64,000 nucleotides of DNA from an uncultured Gammaproteobacteria bacterium (lineage in GTDB: Bacteria; Pseudomonadota; Gammaproteobacteria; DRLM01), in NCBI GenBank assembly GCA_963729605.1, contig CAVSNY010000007.1, positions 1,056,001-1,120,000 of the forward strand. The letters run 5' to 3'. Positions 61,352 through 64,000 of the stretch are shown one piece after another. The notes under the pieces are model-generated. The model searched no databases. It was not told where the DNA came from and saw nothing but the letters and a program-made list of their open reading frames with translations. Position 1 is the first letter of the stretch; each line of letters opens with the position of its first letter. Position numbers and translations under genes: made by a program.

Positions 61352-63901
61352 ATGCGCAAGCTTGCTTTAGTATTGGCGGTGGCCCTGGCTTCCGGACGAG
61401 CGTCTGCGCTGGGTCTGGGTGAAATCGAACTGCGCTCCGCCCTCAATGAACCTTTCAATGCCGAAATCCGTTTGCTCGCCGCGCAGCCCGCCGAATTGGA
61501 AGGCGCGGTAGTGCGCCTCGCGCCGCAGGAGTCATTTCAACAGGCCGGCATCGAACGTCCGGCGGCCTTGAGCGATCTGATTTTCAACGTGGTGCGCCGC
61601 GCCGACGGCACGGCGGTGATCCAAGTCACCTCCTCGCAGCCGGTGCGCGAACCCTACCTCGATTTCATCGTGCAGTTACGCTGGCCCACCGGTCGCTTGC
61701 TGCGCGAGTACACGGTCTTGTTGGATCCCCCGCTGTTCAGCGGCGACAAGCTGGCGCCGGTGTCGGCACCGGTCGCCGCCGCGCCGGCAGCGGCGCCGAC
61801 ACCGCGAGTCGCGCCGGTCGAACCGGCGCCCGCCCCCACCGAACAAACTCCCGCTAAGCCGGCCGTGTCCGCCGCGCCGGCGGTGGCACCTCGTCCGCCG
61901 CGCGCCGCGCCCGCGCCGCAAACCGCCGCGGACGGCGCGCGCAGTTATGGCCCTACTCAGCGCACCGATACCGCTTGGACCATTGCCGAGCAGGTGCGGC
62001 CCGACAACGGCGTCACGGTGTTCCAAGCCATGCTCGCCTTGCTGGCGGCCAATCCCGATGCGTTTTACAACGGCAACGTCAATAACCTGTTGGCCGGTTA
62101 TGTGTTGCGAGTGCCCGAACGTGAATTCATGACCGCCCTCCCTGCCCAGCAGGCGGAGCGCGAAGTCGCCCGCCAGTATGAGGCATGGCGGCAGGCCAAA
62201 CGGGGCGGTGTGCCCATGGCGCCGGCCGGCCAGCCGGTGGCCGAGGCGGCAAAACCCGCCGGTGAGCAAGCCGCCGCCAAACCCGCCGGCGAGGAAGCGC
62301 CGCGCCTGAAACTGGTGGCGCCCGCTCAGACCGCCACCCCCGGCGCGGGCGGCGGCGCCAGGCAGGGTATGGATCAAGTCCGCAGCGAATTGGCGATGGC
62401 CCTGGAATCCGCCGATGCCGCCCGCCGCGAGAATGAAGAATTACGCTCCCGTCTTTCCGCGCTGGAGGGACAGATCAATTCCATGCAGCGTTTGCTGACG
62501 CTGAAGGACGATACCCTCGGCAATCTGCAGCCAGGGCCGGGTGAGGCGGAGACACCTGCCGCGATTCCGGGCGGGGAGGTGCCACCGGCGGAAGGTCTGC
62601 CCGCCGAAACCGCGCCCGAGGCGGCGCAGCCCTCGCCCCGAGCGGAAACGCCGGTGCAGCCCGAGCCCGAACCGAGCTTGGATATCTTCGCTAATCCCAG
62701 CATCGTCGCGGCGGCGGGCGGGGCGGTTTTGCTGTTGTTGGCGGTGGCCTGGCTGGTGGCGCGCCGCCGCCGTGCCGGTGCCGATGACGACGGCGAGGCA
62801 CGGCTGGAACCCGTGATGGCCCAAGCCGCCCCGGCGGCGCCGGTTGAAAAATCCCCGGCGGCGAGCAGTCCGGAGGCGATGGCGGATCTCGAAGAACCGC
62901 TCAGCGCGCGGATGAGCGGCATGGCGGAAGAAGTGGCCAAGGGCGCGGCGAAAGATGTGAGCGGAACCGCCGACGGTCTCGATGTGCTGCACACCGCCGA
63001 GGGGGATATCGATCCCATGGTGGAAGCCGACGTCTACCTCGCTTACCGCCGTTATCAGCAGGCCGAGGCGTTGATTCAAGGCGCATTGGCCAAACAACCC
63101 CATCGTTACGAACTCAAAGGCAAGCTGCTGGAGATCTACTACGCGGCGCGCAATGTCGATGCCTTCCAGTCCTTGGCGGAATCGCTGTACGACGAGCTGG
63201 GTCAGAATGCCGACGATCCGCTGTGGTACCGCATCGTGCCCATGGGCGCTGAGTTGTTGCCCAATCATCCTTTGTTCAATCCCGCCTACGCCGCGCCTAA
63301 AACCAGCCCGGCCGCCGTCGGCGCCGGCTCGGCTTTATTCGCGGGCGATTTGCCCGGCGGCGGCAGCGGTCTCAGTCATGGCGACCATGAATCCGGCGCC
63401 CACAAAGACGACGATTTGTTCGGCGACGCGGCACCGGTCTACGGCACGCGCGTGTCGGATGAGACCAGCCTCGATCTGGATTTGAATGCCGATGCGGCCG
63501 GCGGCGCAGCCCCCGCCGGCACCGCGGACAAAATGGATTTCGATCTCAATATGGCTGACGAGGTCCGCCCCGATACCTTGGCCGGCGGACATAACGAAAA
63601 GGACATGGTCCCGGATATCACCGCCGCGCCGGCCCAGGCGGACGACTTGCCCGGCGGAAACGCCAAAGACCGGTGGGGGCTCGAGCCGGCCTTGTCCGAG
63701 TTCGGCAGCATGGATTTCAATCTGGATGACAGCGACTTCCTCGCCGGCACCGACGTGGTGGGCACCAAGCTGGACCTGGCCCGCGCCTATATCGACATGG
63801 GCGATCAGGAAAGCGCCCGTGAAATCCTTAATGAGGTGCTGGCGGAAGGCAACGATCAGCAAAAAGAAGAAGCCCGCGGATTGTCGCAGCAGCTCGCCTG
63901 A
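61352..63901 (+). CDS. fimV: FimV/HubP polar landmark protein
   Basis: LGLGEIELRSALNEP, REYTVLLDPP, LysM-like region, TM helix, EADVYLAY, C-terminal TKLDLARAYIDMGD. Confidence 0.93.
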   Translation: MRKLALVLAVALASGRASALGLGEIELRSALNEPFNAEIRLLAAQPAELEGAVVRLAPQESFQQAGIERPAALSDLIFNVVRRADGTAVIQVTSSQPVREPYLDFIVQLRWPTGRLLREYTVLLDPPLFSGDKLAPVSAPVAAAPAAAPTPRVAPVEPAPAPTEQTPAKPAVSAAPAVAPRPPRAAPAPQTAADGARSYGPTQRTDTAWTIAEQVRPDNGVTVFQAMLALLAANPDAFYNGNVNNLLAGYVLRVPEREFMTALPAQQAEREVARQYEAWRQAKRGGVPMAPAGQPVAEAAKPAGEQAAAKPAGEEAPRLKLVAPAQTATPGAGGGARQGMDQVRSELAMALESADAARRENEELRSRLSALEGQINSMQRLLTLKDDTLGNLQPGPGEAETPAAIPGGEVPPAEGLPAETAPEAAQPSPRAETPVQPEPEPSLDIFANPSIVAAAGGAVLLLLAVAWLVARRRRAGADDDGEARLEPVMAQAAPAAPVEKSPAASSPEAMADLEEPLSARMSGMAEEVAKGAAKDVSGTADGLDVLHTAEGDIDPMVEADVYLAYRRYQQAEALIQGALAKQPHRYELKGKLLEIYYAARNVDAFQSLAESLYDELGQNADDPLWYRIVPMGAELLPNHPLFNPAYAAPKTSPAAVGAGSALFAGDLPGGGSGLSHGDHESGAHKDDDLFGDAAPVYGTRVSDETSLDLDLNADAAGGAAPAGTADKMDFDLNMADEVRPDTLAGGHNEKDMVPDITAAPAQADDLPGGNAKDRWGLEPALSEFGSMDFNLDDSDFLAGTDVVGTKLDLARAYIDMGDQESAREILNEVLAEGNDQQKEEARGLSQQLA

Positions 63902-64000
63902 GCGGGCCTCCATGCACGTAGACCGGCTACACGGGTCCACTGTCTCGCATTAGCGAAGCGCTGAAAAATTTCGTTGACCGCCAAGGCCCGAAGGACGCCA

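Overview
GC-rich proteobacterial chromosome segment, most likely a gammaproteobacterium (inferred from the leuCDB-asd-usg-fimV, fimT-pilVWXY1Y2E and lpxH-ppi-gltX-cysS gene orders). Most of the window is core genome: the end of an E1-beta-type pyruvate dehydrogenase operon with a single E2-E3 fusion gene, a POT transporter, Kef antiporter, MCP, ppsA-pgm, htpG, a type IV minor pilin operon, hemH, cell-wall enzymes, aminoacyl-tRNA synthetases, folD and the leucine/asd/fimV cluster. leuC carries a 1-nt frameshift. The accessory region (about 3.65-11.3 kb) is an integron-type cassette array with an attI-like site, two clear attC sites and two damaged ones, but no intI. In the integrase position there is instead a co-oriented sigma70 promoter and a decayed small ORF (GDRLICVRYR motif). 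The array has been hit by two complete IS3-family elements, each with a 3-bp target duplication, and by a REP-flanked remnant of a REP-associated HUH transposase. Other notable points are PEP-CTERM and GlyGly-CTERM surface proteins, an AT-rich mosaic 3' part of cysS, a Thr/Gly-rich insert in PilY1, three intergenic palindrome families that sometimes nest, and a 32-aa Lys-rich ORF missed by the ORF track. All family assignments come from motif recognition; no searches were run.
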